Shown here: positions 11,572 to 20,850 of the stretch, piece by piece
How the letters are laid out: every line of letters begins with the position of its first letter
How positions within the stretch are numbered: the stretch's first letter is position 1
From: a virus
IMG/VR virus record: IMGVR_UViG_3300025853_000045
Location: 1-64,000 of that record
Length of the DNA: 64,000 bases
Direction: 5' to 3' (one strand)
Translations under genes and position numbers: made by a program
The notes under the pieces: model-generated
The model's input: the letters and a program-made list of their open reading frames with translations, nothing else
Told to the model about the DNA's origin: nothing
Databases searched by the model: none

Positions 11572-13283
11572 ACTGCTGACCTCCTGTTACCACCTGAACG
11601 GCCACCGCGAGCCATTTCAGCGCGAATCAAGTCTCCGATTTCTTTTGCGAGTTGCTTCTTGTCGGTTCGGTCTGTGACACCACCAACGTTGATGTTGACC
11701 GTGATGCCACCACCACCACCCAATCCGACACCGTTAGGGTTGTTTTTGCGATTGAGAGGGACGACAGCCTCCGGTCCATCTTCACCGATAAGCGCGAAGG
11801 TTGGCTTATCGACGTATCCACCTTTCGCCATTTTTGCAATTTTAGGAATCTTGAATTCTTTACCTCCAACCACAGGAACCCAATCAGGGATTTCAAACGA
11901 AACGAGGTCAGCAAATGCATTGACGATGCCAATGACGCCGTTGAATACCGCTTTGAAACCGTTCCAAAATCCTCTTCCAATCACACCGGGGATGCTCAAA
12001 AACCAATCAATGAGCGAACCGCCACCAAATATGACATCTTCTGCGAATGAAACACCAAGTTGAAACAACGCGTTGAAAACACCTGCAATCACACCAACGA
12101 TGATGCCGACGAATCCAAGAAGAAGCGCGACAACGGCTTGCAGTAGCAGACTTACTCCACTCAAAATTCCAAAGAATATCGCTGAACCCCATTCAAAAAT
12201 AAACGATGCGAAGCCTTCTAATAATCCCGTAATTTCGTCCCAATACTTGATGATGACTGCAATGAGTAAAGCGATACCCGCTATGATTGCCGCAGGAATA
12301 GCCGTGACACCTACAATAACCAAAGAGGCGAATATCAATATCGTTCCGAGTAACGCAAACAACCAATCCACGAAAGTGTCTCCTGTCCCTTGTATGAACG
12401 TCCAAAGCGCGGCTACACCACCAATCATCAGCCCTGTCGCGGCAACTATCATTGCGACAAACCCTAACCACGCGGCGGCGACTGCACTTGTGGAGGCGAG
12501 AGCGACAGATTTGAAATACAAAAAAGCCCCTCCAAGAGACATAATGACTGCGATTGCGCTGAATGTCGCCAACTCCGTATTGCCTGTTTCGTTTTGAACG
12601 AGTTGATAAACACCAACAGCCGCAGTCAGTATTCCCAACGTTACCGCGACCGTTCCGTTGAAGAATGCGAATGCGACGGCGGCGGTTCCCACCGATGCGG
12701 CAAGAATGTCGAACAGCGCGGCTAATCCCTCTTCGTCACCCTCGCCTGTCAATACCAACACAAGACCTTGAACCGCGTCGTGAACGACACCCATATCCTC
12801 CGTAAAATCAAGAAGAGGTGTATTCGTTCCTTCAAAGGCTATGGATAACGCGGCGAGCGCGAAACCAACAACGAGGAATATCGAAACAAGAGAAAACACG
12901 CGCGTAGCAAGACGAGTAAAGATGTTGTTTGTCTTGGTCAGTATCTTGTTGTTCATCATAGCAACCCCACCAAACATCATTTTTTGCGCGATTAACTTTT
13001 GAAGAAGGGTCATTTTTTTATCCAACTTCTCATTTTCTTCGTCGGTCATCGCTGAATGATTTGCAATCTTTTTCGTGACGTTGCTAATCCCTTGAGCGAA
13101 TCCTAAAAGGGAGCGAGCGATTCCTGTAATAGGATTTTTGTCTTTTGCGGTTTTCAATTTCAACAATTGTTTTTCAAGAATACCCATCTTCTTTGAAGCG
13201 TTAAGACTGACGACACCTGCTTGTTCCAACTGCTGAATAACCTTCTCGGTTACAGTCGCGACATCAGCCATCTCTCCTGCCAT
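11568..13283 (-). CDS. Tape measure-like protein with multiple transmembrane segments (~571 aa)
   Basis: Follows the chaperone frameshift pair. N-terminal coiled coil, long hydrophobic core, and C-terminal MAKGGYV..PT.ALIGEDGPEAVVPL...ITVNINV motif typical of tape measure C-termini. Start placed at MAGEM. Confidence 0.8.
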   Translation of the reverse strand: MAGEMADVATVTEKVIQQLEQAGVVSLNASKKMGILEKQLLKLKTAKDKNPITGIARSLLGFAQGISNVTKKIANHSAMTDEENEKLDKKMTLLQKLIAQKMMFGGVAMMNNKILTKTNNIFTRLATRVFSLVSIFLVVGFALAALSIAFEGTNTPLLDFTEDMGVVHDAVQGLVLVLTGEGDEEGLAALFDILAASVGTAAVAFAFFNGTVAVTLGILTAAVGVYQLVQNETGNTELATFSAIAVIMSLGGAFLYFKSVALASTSAVAAAWLGFVAMIVAATGLMIGGVAALWTFIQGTGDTFVDWLFALLGTILIFASLVIVGVTAIPAAIIAGIALLIAVIIKYWDEITGLLEGFASFIFEWGSAIFFGILSGVSLLLQAVVALLLGFVGIIVGVIAGVFNALFQLGVSFAEDVIFGGGSLIDWFLSIPGVIGRGFWNGFKAVFNGVIGIVNAFADLVSFEIPDWVPVVGGKEFKIPKIAKMAKGGYVDKPTFALIGEDGPEAVVPLNRKNNPNGVGLGGGGGITVNINVGGVTDRTDKKQLAKEIGDLIRAEMARGGRSGGNRRSAV

Positions 13284-13285
13284 TC

Positions 13286-13579
13286 TTACCACCCTTCGCT
13301 GTGAGGCATCGGTCCATGCGTTGAGCCTACGCGACGCTTGCTTTTCGCACCATCGCTCGCTTTCTTAATCTCTTCGGCCTTCAATTGTTCAGCCGCACTC
13401 GCCCAAATGAATGATTTCTCAAATGCGCTTATGTTCATGTTCCATACCTCTTGTAGGCTCAACCCATAATGTTTCGCGACGAAGTATGCCGCCGAGTCGA
13501 ACATCATGTCAGGGTCGGGCTTTGGATTCTTGAAGAAATCAAGTGCTTCTTCTATTCCGTCAGCCCATCCGCTAAAGGG
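13286..13579 (-). CDS. Tail assembly chaperone, -1 frameshift extension (lambda gpT-like part)
   Basis: The frame is open from the slippery site: PFSGWADGIEEALDFFKNPKPDPDMMFDSAAYFVAKHYGLSLQEVWNM..., continuous with track ORF 13286..13507. Confidence 0.75.
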   Translation of the reverse strand, partial: PFSGWADGIEEALDFFKNPKPDPDMMFDSAAYFVAKHYGLSLQEVWNMNISAFEKSFIWASAAEQLKAEEIKKASDGAKSKRRVGSTHGPMPHSEGW

Positions 13580-13929
13580 TTCGCCATCAAGTCTTGAGGT
13601 TGAGGGAGAAGAGCGATAATCTGTTGAGCGACGAAAGGTTTCAACGACAACATTTGCGGAATGGTCAGGCGCGGTTCAGTCTTTTCAATGGCTTCCGCGA
13701 ACATATATTTCCAATATGCCGCTAAGTCAATATCGACTGTTGCGTTCGGTTTGATGGAGACAAACGACTTGACTGCGTCTTGAAGTTGCATGAAGGATAA
13801 CTCCTTCACCCACACTCTCATTACAGCGTTGTCATCGTCTTCATTTACTTGTATTTCATGCTCCGTCGCTTGACTGTTCACCAACAGGCTCGTCAAGTCC
13901 GCTATCGTTTTCGTGGTCATTTTCATCAC
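13552..13929 (-). CDS. Tail assembly chaperone (lambda gpG-like, ~125 aa)
   Basis: Lies between tail tube and tape measure genes; ends ...ANPLADGLTE across a slippery heptamer. Confidence 0.75.
   Translation of the reverse strand: MMKMTTKTIADLTSLLVNSQATEHEIQVNEDDDNAVMRVWVKELSFMQLQDAVKSFVSIKPNATVDIDLAAYWKYMFAEAIEKTEPRLTIPQMLSLKPFVAQQIIALLPQPQDLMANPLADGLTE
13573..13579 (-). promoter_or_regulatory. Programmed -1 ribosomal frameshift heptamer C CCT TTA
   Basis: Minus strand AAC CCT TTA GCG fits X XXY YYZ in the correct phase; the -1 frame is open into the next ORF. Confidence 0.8.
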
Positions 13930-14278
13930 TTACTGTTTCTTCTTCGCTTGTCGCGGCCTCTTCGGAGGGAGCAACTTCTTCCACTTCAACTGCCTCTTCG
14001 GAGGGGGTGTCGGCTTCAATAAGGCGAGCGATGAGTTCCGCCTTTGTTCCTGTGACAGGAAGACCGCGCGCTCGTAGGAGTGCTTTGAGTTCTTCAACAG
14101 TCATGGAGTCGTAATCTGTTTCTTGTAATTGGTCAGGGAATGGATTGCCGTCAGTCTTTGCGGCTTCAGGATTGAAGATTTCTTCTTCGATAGGTTCAGC
14201 GATGACTGCTGTTTCAGTCACAGCGCGAATACGCAATGGTCGTTCATCGCCCAAGTGCATACTCTTCATCAGGCGCAC
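13856..14278 (-). CDS. Acidic SAP-domain protein (~135-140 aa)
   Basis: YDSMTVEELKALLRARGLPVTGTKAELIARL is a canonical SAP motif; flanks are Glu-rich. Confidence 0.75.
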   Translation of the reverse strand: MRLMKSMHLGDERPLRIRAVTETAVIAEPIEEEIFNPEAAKTDGNPFPDQLQETDYDSMTVEELKALLRARGLPVTGTKAELIARLIEADTPSEEAVEVEEVAPSEEAATSEEETVSDENDHENDSGLDEPVGEQSSDGA

Positions 14279-15120
14279 CCCATCTTTTCACAGGTTGAAC
14301 CTTGAGGTTCACATTTAGGACAGCACTTACAGCCTCGACAGCCTTTGCAGTCATCACCTTTACACATACTTCTTTTCAGTAGCGCGCCCCAACTTTCAAT
14401 CATTGGATAGCCTTTGTATTGGTCTTCTCCAATGATTCCTCTTTGTCTTAACGATTGCATCAATTCAGGACGAGGTTGGTCGAAAGCACCCATGCCTTTA
14501 GGCACACCTCCGGGTCCCATCTTCGGTTGGCGATTACGCAACCTGCCGTAAGGTTTGCTTTGAAAACCACTTGTTTGAGCGCGTACTCCACCTTCCTCTT
14601 GACGACTTAAATCATCAACTTGACCGGGCGTTGGTCGCGGCATCGCTTGAACTTGTTGTCCAATATCTTCTATATAGCCACCTTCCGTGCTTACCCGCGC
14701 TCCCGACCGGCCCTCGCCACTATCCTCACCTATTTTCGCAGTAGTTGGGAAGTTAGAATAGCGACCTTTGTTATTATCATTTTTATACCTACCTCGATTG
14801 CGAACCACGCCTTGAGCATCCAGCCCTGTTCCGGGTTGAAGCCCTTCCATTTCTTCGCCTTCTTGTCCTTCTAATCGAGCGACAGGGTTGTTACCTCCAT
14901 ACCTTACACCCCATCCTTGTTGTATCGGGTAACTTTCTGTTCTATGCACATTGACAGGTCTTCCTTGTTGAATAGGGCGCGGAACAGAAGTCGGAAAATC
15001 ATCAGGATTGTATCCTCGCATTTGAAATTCTCTTTTATCTTGTGCTGACATGTGGCGCGGCTCGATTCTAAATTCTTCGTCGCCTTTCATCATTTTCCAT
15101 GCTTCTTTCATCGGATTCAT
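14269..15120 (-). CDS. Hypothetical protein (283 aa) with AW..K leader and Cys-rich C-terminus
   Basis: GAGGTGA ribosome site; starts MNPMKEAWKMMK; internal MIESWGALLK; ends CKGDDCKGCRGCKCCPKCEPQGSTCEKMGCA. Confidence 0.7.
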   Translation of the reverse strand: MNPMKEAWKMMKGDEEFRIEPRHMSAQDKREFQMRGYNPDDFPTSVPRPIQQGRPVNVHRTESYPIQQGWGVRYGGNNPVARLEGQEGEEMEGLQPGTGLDAQGVVRNRGRYKNDNNKGRYSNFPTTAKIGEDSGEGRSGARVSTEGGYIEDIGQQVQAMPRPTPGQVDDLSRQEEGGVRAQTSGFQSKPYGRLRNRQPKMGPGGVPKGMGAFDQPRPELMQSLRQRGIIGEDQYKGYPMIESWGALLKRSMCKGDDCKGCRGCKCCPKCEPQGSTCEKMGCA

Positions 15121-15129
15121 TTGTTCACC

Positions 15130-17061
15130 TCACATGTGTAGGAACGCGTCGCGTGAAATGACGCGAACGTGCTTCGGTTTGATTTTCAATTCACTCTTGA
15201 TGACACCTTTGTCTTCAGGGATTGGGAGTGGTGCTTCTGTAATCAGATAGTCGTCGATGATAATGACGACCTCTTCGCGATTGCTTCCTGCACCTGCTTT
15301 GGTCAGGGTGAGCGTGATTGGCTCGGTGAAGTCGTGTGTGCGATTGCTTCTGAACTCATGCCAAATAAGCGGGTCAGAAGCGATAATGGTCATCGACAAA
15401 TCGTATTCCATCGTCTTCTCAATCATGATGTTCGCGTTGCGTGAACCACCGAACGGGATTTGCTCAAGTGAGTCTCCTGCTGTGTTTCGGTTCTCGGCTT
15501 GCGTGTTACCGCGAATTGTATAGATGGCTTCGGAGTTGTTGTTACCACTCAAGGAGAAGTTCGTGACCTGCGCAATGTTTACTCCGAACGAACTGATTTG
15601 ACCGTTGTAAAAGAAGAACGGCTTTTCTGTATTCGGAGCGATACCTGCTTTCTTTCGATTGACGACGCTGTTGCCTGTGTTCTCAAACATTCGGTGCGCG
15701 GTGTATCGGTCTCCTTTGTTAGAATCTTCAAGACGTCCTGTGTCGGTGTAGCAATACAGCGCGTCGAAATTGACACTCAATTTGACTTCTGCATCAGCGT
15801 CAGCCGCGATTGAGAAGTCCTTGACTTTACATCCTTTCCAAACACGCGTCAGTTGTTTGCTATCGTTCGCGGAGCCGGGAGCGGCTTCGTTAGCGAGAAC
15901 GTCAGTTGTGTTCGCGTTGAACGAACCGACGTTGTGTGTGCGAATGCTTGACTCGATAGCAAACGTTGGGAGTGTTGCTCCTGAAAACAACAATCGCGAT
16001 TGGCGGTTGGTGATAGCCCCGTATGTTCCTGCGGTGGTATCGAAGTGTGGAGAGCCGTTGGATGATGCCGCATCGTATTTTACACGCTTACAGGTGTATC
16101 CTGTGTGGCTAAACGAAAGCGGTTCTTCAAGATGGATTCGTCGCGTCGTTGTGTCGATGTATAGCACCTGACGAATTTCGTTTCGCTCGACTTCTTCCAT
16201 GTCGATACCTGTGCCATCAGCACCCCATTTCTTTGAAGAAGCGGCAGGTGTGTCCTTCGGGAACGGCGTTGCTGTTCCATCAACGATGATGATGTATTCA
16301 CCTGCAACAAGATTGGAGAGTGTGCCTGTGTATCCAATGTAAGTATCACCTGCCGCGATGTCCGAGAATGATGTTGATGCAGTTGGGTTGCCACTCATAA
16401 CAGAAGAAGGCACGTCGATGATTTCGCGACCGAGTGAATAGTAAAGCCAACGTGCGCTGTTCATCATTGTTTCAAGCGCACCGCCTGTGTTCTCAAATCG
16501 TTGTGGTTCTTGGATGACCACGTCACGACCGACACCAACAATGTGTGCGCGTCTTTCTGTGACTTTGGTTTCAGGGAGTGAGACGGTCGCGGCAAGACCG
16601 ATGAATTGGTCGGTAAGGACAGATTCGTCCGCTGATACCGCATTGGCGTGGTATGTCATGCCTGTGTCGATGGTTGGTGTGCCAAGCGTGCTGATGACCA
16701 ATTCGTCACCTGCGTTTGAAGATACCCCTAACGCTTCTTTCAAATCGCGGTCGAGAATGAGTGTTGTTCCTCTATTCTCAACGATGGTGTAAGAGTTGCC
16801 TGTGGTTGCGTGGTCGTCAAGATTGAACGAACCGCCACCTATGATGCGAAGTTCCGACCCAACGAGCATACCTTTGGGATAGCGTAGGTTAGATGAAGAA
16901 TCGAAAAACCCTGCACTTGCGCCGCTGAAATTTATCTTGTTGCGGTCACTTCCATCGACCGCGAATTGAAGCCCACCGAACCCGCCGTGTGCGAGAACAA
17001 TGCCGCATTCTTTTCCGAATGTAACTTCGGATAAATCGCCTTTATACACAGTTGATGCCAT
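15130..17061 (-). CDS. Major tail (tube) protein with inserted domains (643 aa)
   Basis: Position between completion protein and chaperones; N-terminal YKGDLSEVTFGKE, then TLPTFAIE, RVWKGCKVKDFSI...VKLSVNF and VTNFSLSGNN patterns typical of siphovirus-type tubes. Confidence 0.7.
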   Translation of the reverse strand: MASTVYKGDLSEVTFGKECGIVLAHGGFGGLQFAVDGSDRNKINFSGASAGFFDSSSNLRYPKGMLVGSELRIIGGGSFNLDDHATTGNSYTIVENRGTTLILDRDLKEALGVSSNAGDELVISTLGTPTIDTGMTYHANAVSADESVLTDQFIGLAATVSLPETKVTERRAHIVGVGRDVVIQEPQRFENTGGALETMMNSARWLYYSLGREIIDVPSSVMSGNPTASTSFSDIAAGDTYIGYTGTLSNLVAGEYIIIVDGTATPFPKDTPAASSKKWGADGTGIDMEEVERNEIRQVLYIDTTTRRIHLEEPLSFSHTGYTCKRVKYDAASSNGSPHFDTTAGTYGAITNRQSRLLFSGATLPTFAIESSIRTHNVGSFNANTTDVLANEAAPGSANDSKQLTRVWKGCKVKDFSIAADADAEVKLSVNFDALYCYTDTGRLEDSNKGDRYTAHRMFENTGNSVVNRKKAGIAPNTEKPFFFYNGQISSFGVNIAQVTNFSLSGNNNSEAIYTIRGNTQAENRNTAGDSLEQIPFGGSRNANIMIEKTMEYDLSMTIIASDPLIWHEFRSNRTHDFTEPITLTLTKAGAGSNREEVVIIIDDYLITEAPLPIPEDKGVIKSELKIKPKHVRVISRDAFLHM

Positions 17062-17081
17062 ATTAAACAGTCCGCCTTACC

Positions 17082-17522
17082 TTACGCGATGAGTTCACTA
17101 AAGATAACGATTTCGACCTGAAAGGTCATTCGATGTAGTCTTTTCGTTCGGTCTGACAAATCAGTCCGTTGTTTGTATAACAAGCGGTCGAAGTTCGCGC
17201 CATCTCCTTTTCGCTTGCTGTGAACAATGCGTCGTATCTCATCCTCAATTTTCATGAGTTGAGTTCGTCCTCCCATTGTTCGCGCATCAACGGTAACGTT
17301 GATTCGTGTGTGGACAAAGTCGTAAAACACTTCAGGTTGTTCTTCGTTGTGAACAGTCTCATACAGAAGAATCGCGTCTTTGCTTGTCAAATCAAGACGC
17401 TTACCGCGACCTGCTTCGACTGTTGTAATGTCTTCAACAATCGGCGTTCGTTGGTTGGTGTTGCCACGATTCCAATTATCAACGAAGATACCTTTGATGA
17501 GTTCGATGGATTCAAGAGCCAA
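17082..17522 (-). CDS. Putative tail completion/terminator protein (146 aa)
   Basis: Size, alpha/beta pattern and position immediately before the tail tube gene. Confidence 0.55.
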   Translation of the reverse strand: MALESIELIKGIFVDNWNRGNTNQRTPIVEDITTVEAGRGKRLDLTSKDAILLYETVHNEEQPEVFYDFVHTRINVTVDARTMGGRTQLMKIEDEIRRIVHSKRKGDGANFDRLLYKQRTDLSDRTKRLHRMTFQVEIVIFSELIA

Positions 17523-17784
17523 TCAAATCCCTCCCAATCGGTGATTCTGACCGCGCCTGTTTCTTTGCGGCTTCGACGATGTTCTTGTAGTCAGGGTCTT
17601 TCTCGCTCATGACTGTGCCATCTTCTTTGATGATTTGATTGTCGCTGTTGACCGCCGCTCCGTAATCAAGAGCCGCCGCATCAAGAAAGATTCTTCCCTT
17701 GTCTGTGAAAATGCTTGCTTCGCGCACCTTCGGAAGGTCTTCACGGAGAGCATCCGTGAGTGCTTTCTTGAAGGCTTCTTTCAT
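17512..17784 (-). CDS. Hypothetical neck-region protein (90 aa)
   Basis: Tightly coupled ORF between adaptor and completion genes. Confidence 0.6.
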   Translation of the reverse strand: MKEAFKKALTDALREDLPKVREASIFTDKGRIFLDAAALDYGAAVNSDNQIIKEDGTVMSEKDPDYKNIVEAAKKQARSESPIGRDLIGS

Positions 17785-17785
17785 A

Positions 17786-19381
17786 TCACAACACCGTCAT
17801 TACTTCTGTATAGCGCGGTAGTGTTTCAGCCACCTGCGCTTTGAACAATTGATATTTGCTTCCCAAGTCCACGTTCTGTGTTCCTTCGGGCAACAATACG
17901 CTACGGTCGTCAGAAAGAATCAAATCCATCGCGACCAACTTCGTGCATACATCCTCGATAGCCTTCTCGACGTATCGCTCACCATAAACGTAAGACACCT
18001 TGACAGCGTTCCATGAGAAGTAAGGATAGGAGTTGTTGAAGTAAATGACACCCAATTCGTAATCAGCCCACCAATCGCGAAGACGTGCTTCATCGCCTGT
18101 TGTTGTGCCGACGTAGTCAATCTTGAACTTTTTCTGATTGAGTGAAGCACCGTTGGTTGCCGCCGCGCTGATGTCTCCCGCGAGGTCAGTCACACCGTTC
18201 AGCGTCGTGCCTGTGATGCTTGTGTAATATCCATATGTTGCGCCTATGTTGATGATTCCGTATGGTGCGAATTCTGCAACACTCGCAACCGTGATGGTCG
18301 TTGCTGTCGATGAGGATACAGTCGTTGTTGTATCGGTCGCTCCTGAAAACGTCACACCGCTTGATGTGCAAGCATATGTCGCATTCTCACCTGCTTCGCC
18401 ACGACGCATGGAGGTAATCTTGACTTGACCGCCACCGTAGTCAGCGTTCGCGGAAGCCATGAATTCGTGATGCACGTTGGCTGTAATCGTTCCGTCTGAT
18501 TCTGTCACATCTTCAAAGACGAAAGATGGAGTGAATGCTGTTTCTGATTTACCTTTGCGCGCATCTTTGTTGATGAGGTCAGCCAATTGCTGTGCTGTGC
18601 TGACGTTGTCGAATTGCGCTCGGAACTTGGAAGCACCTTCACCCGCCGTGAGTGTCGCGACACCACCACCGCCGGGACACAAGAAGACTTTGTGTTCGGT
18701 AAAGCCTCCTGCGTTTTCAGCGAGTTGTGTGAAGTCGTCAATCTTGAGTCGGATTTCAGCCGCCGCAATTTCGCGATAGTCAGCACCCTGCCAAATTTCA
18801 AGGCGAAGAATCTGTTGCGCGTTGCGAAACATCAAAGGAACAGAACCGACGTAGTCGGTGTAATATCGGCGTCGGTATGGTTTGTATGTGTCGAAGTTGA
18901 GGTATTCAGCCGTCTGCAACATCGGTCGCCATGAGTTGTTTGTGAGGTTGTCAATCTTATCTTGTGTGCGGAGAATGAGCGTTTCAACCTGCGCCTTTGT
19001 AACACCTTTACGCTTACCGTTGGTGAACGATTGAAGATTCTGAACCTGCGCGTTGTCAGCGGTTGTATAGTCACCTGTCAGCGCGTCCGTAAATGACAAG
19101 CGAACGTTGCCTGATGCGCGAGCAATGGCTGTAATCATTCGCTCTTCACCCATTTCAGCATCGCTTGTTATTTCGATGGTGTCACCCACTTCAAACCCAA
19201 CCAATCGGTAATCAGCAGGGCTGATGTCAACGTGCGTCGAACCATCTTCGGCGGCTAAGTAAACAGGGTCGGGGAATGGAATTTGAAGAATGTCAGCAAC
19301 CTTCTGTGCTGACGTGTAGTAAAGCCTATCGGGGAAGAGAGGACGACCTTCGCGCTCACCTGTCTGAAATACGGTCGGCAT
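17786..19381 (-). CDS. Head-tail adaptor-like protein with large insertions (531 aa)
   Basis: N-terminal YYTSAQKVADIL and C-terminal VKVSYVYG...KAIEDVCTKLVA resemble the ends of head-tail connector proteins; position after the capsid genes. Confidence 0.6.
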   Translation of the reverse strand: MPTVFQTGEREGRPLFPDRLYYTSAQKVADILQIPFPDPVYLAAEDGSTHVDISPADYRLVGFEVGDTIEITSDAEMGEERMITAIARASGNVRLSFTDALTGDYTTADNAQVQNLQSFTNGKRKGVTKAQVETLILRTQDKIDNLTNNSWRPMLQTAEYLNFDTYKPYRRRYYTDYVGSVPLMFRNAQQILRLEIWQGADYREIAAAEIRLKIDDFTQLAENAGGFTEHKVFLCPGGGGVATLTAGEGASKFRAQFDNVSTAQQLADLINKDARKGKSETAFTPSFVFEDVTESDGTITANVHHEFMASANADYGGGQVKITSMRRGEAGENATYACTSSGVTFSGATDTTTTVSSSTATTITVASVAEFAPYGIINIGATYGYYTSITGTTLNGVTDLAGDISAAATNGASLNQKKFKIDYVGTTTGDEARLRDWWADYELGVIYFNNSYPYFSWNAVKVSYVYGERYVEKAIEDVCTKLVAMDLILSDDRSVLLPEGTQNVDLGSKYQLFKAQVAETLPRYTEVMTVL

Positions 19382-19746
19382 CAGTCAGTCCTCTCTCGTA
19401 ATCGGTCAAGCCGTTGCATCATTTTCTTCGGTATTCTTCTTGGATAGTGTCCGTGTTGTTGGTAAAACTGTTCAATCATTGCTCTTGCTTCTTTGAGTCG
19501 TCGTCCTTGTTTTAGCATAGCGCGTATGCGTTGCCCCTGTTCGTCTTTCGCTCGTTTAGCGTCAAGTTGTTGTTGATACGATTGAATCTGTGGTGTCATC
19601 TTAGGAGCGGTGGCTTGAGCCTGTTGATTGATTTGCGCTTCTTGTTGCCTCAATCTCTCCATCTCTTCCCTATGTGCTGCGAAAGCAGGGTCATCATCAT
19701 CACCCATGTTCTTGAGCAACAACCATGCTTTGTCGAACGGATTCAT
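19381..19746 (-). CDS. Hypothetical helical protein (121 aa) with AW..K leader
   Basis: Starts MNPFDKAWLLLK; Q/R-rich; translationally coupled on both sides. Confidence 0.7.
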   Translation of the reverse strand: MNPFDKAWLLLKNMGDDDDPAFAAHREEMERLRQQEAQINQQAQATAPKMTPQIQSYQQQLDAKRAKDEQGQRIRAMLKQGRRLKEARAMIEQFYQQHGHYPRRIPKKMMQRLDRLRERTD

Positions 19747-20012
19747 CAGACCACCTCTTCGGTTTTCGCGAGATTGTAGTGCATTGGTTTCTTACACGCT
19801 CCGCATCGCTCAAGATAGCAAAAGTGGAGCATACCACAGAACTTACAGCGCGTTCCCGCACCGATATTGACAATGTCACGGATGTTGCGCGTCTTCATGT
19901 TCTGACGTTTCATAACGCCCTTCAATTTGTCGCGCTCGTCGGTCTTGACCATCGACTCTTCGGCTTTACGCCAACCTTGTTTCTCAAGGCGTTTTAACTC
20001 GTTCAAGTCCAT
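19746..20012 (-). CDS. Small zinc-ribbon protein (88 aa)
   Basis: CKFCG...CGAC; start moved to MDLNEL after GAGGGTGA. Confidence 0.7.
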   Translation of the reverse strand: MDLNELKRLEKQGWRKAEESMVKTDERDKLKGVMKRQNMKTRNIRDIVNIGAGTRCKFCGMLHFCYLERCGACKKPMHYNLAKTEEVV

Positions 20013-20023
20013 GTCGCTCACCC

Positions 20024-20197
20024 TCATGAGGTGACGACTACGACATAGAGATTGCCCTGTAAGGTGTAAGAGGTGATTGCCTCAACCGTCTTCCCGTTAG
20101 TGTAATCGTCGAGAACCTTCTGAACTCCACCTGCCACAGCCGCGCCTGTTTCGCACCCTTCATTGGGTGTAAATTCAAACACTTTCGTGTCGGACAA
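20024..20197 (-). CDS. Small hypothetical protein (57 aa), below the ORF-track cutoff
   Basis: GAGGTGA-6nt-TTG; MSDTKVFEFTPNEGCETGAAVAGGVQKVLDDYTNGKTVEAITSYTLQGNLYVVVVTS; fills the gap between neighbouring genes. Confidence 0.7.
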   Translation of the reverse strand: MSDTKVFEFTPNEGCETGAAVAGGVQKVLDDYTNGKTVEAITSYTLQGNLYVVVVTS

Positions 20198-20208
20198 GGT
20201 GAATCACC

Positions 20209-20460
20209 TCATCGCTTGCCGAGTGCAAATAGACGTCCACCATCAGCAACGCCGGGGTCGTTGAAGTTGACCGTCGTTCCCGCGATGACGCATGTTCCTG
20301 TTGTTGGACTCGCCGCACCCGATAGTGGGTGGACGGTCGCCATAAGAATCTCGGACATGAACGCGGAGAGGTCCGCGCTTGTATCGCCGTTTGCTACTGT
20401 TCCGGTAATCGCGATTAAATCGCCCATTGTGTGTGGTCTGTTGTCACTTGTAAATGCCAT
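20209..20460 (-). CDS. Small virion protein, possible capsid decoration (83 aa)
   Basis: GGAGATGA ribosome site; beta-rich and G/T/A-rich; downstream of the capsid gene. Confidence 0.55.
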   Translation of the reverse strand: MAFTSDNRPHTMGDLIAITGTVANGDTSADLSAFMSEILMATVHPLSGAASPTTGTCVIAGTTVNFNDPGVADGGRLFALGKR

Positions 20461-20462
20461 AT

Positions 20463-20840
20463 TCATTCATCTCCTGTTGTTAGTGCTTCTTCCGCCTCGT
20501 TATTAGATTCTTCGGTTGGGTTAAGGTGTTCGTCGATAGCCGCGAGCAATTTCTTCTTTGTGGATAGTGAAGAAGAAGCGATGTCCTTCTCTTCCATCCA
20601 CGCGAGAATGTCGCCTTTCGTCCATCCCATGTCAGGGACACCATCGTTTCCTGCATCAACAGTCGCGACAGCCTTTTCAAAGGTATGTCCTTCGATAACG
20701 AAATCCGAGCCTTCAACAGCCGAGCGATTAGCGTCCAACCATTCAGCGGACACTTCGCGTGCTTGACCCCAAATCCACCATCCTAAGCGTCCACAATTCG
20801 CACCTGCGCGACGTCGACCCTTGTAGGTAATTGTAGGCAA
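20463..20840 (-). CDS. Hypothetical protein with HeH/LEM-like helical motif (125 aa)
   Basis: GAGGTG then TTG start; WTKGDILAWMEEKDI....TKKKLLAAI resembles HeH/SAP-type motifs. Confidence 0.6.
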   Translation of the reverse strand: MPTITYKGRRRAGANCGRLGWWIWGQAREVSAEWLDANRSAVEGSDFVIEGHTFEKAVATVDAGNDGVPDMGWTKGDILAWMEEKDIASSSLSTKKKLLAAIDEHLNPTEESNNEAEEALTTGDE

Positions 20841-20850
20841 AAAGAACACC

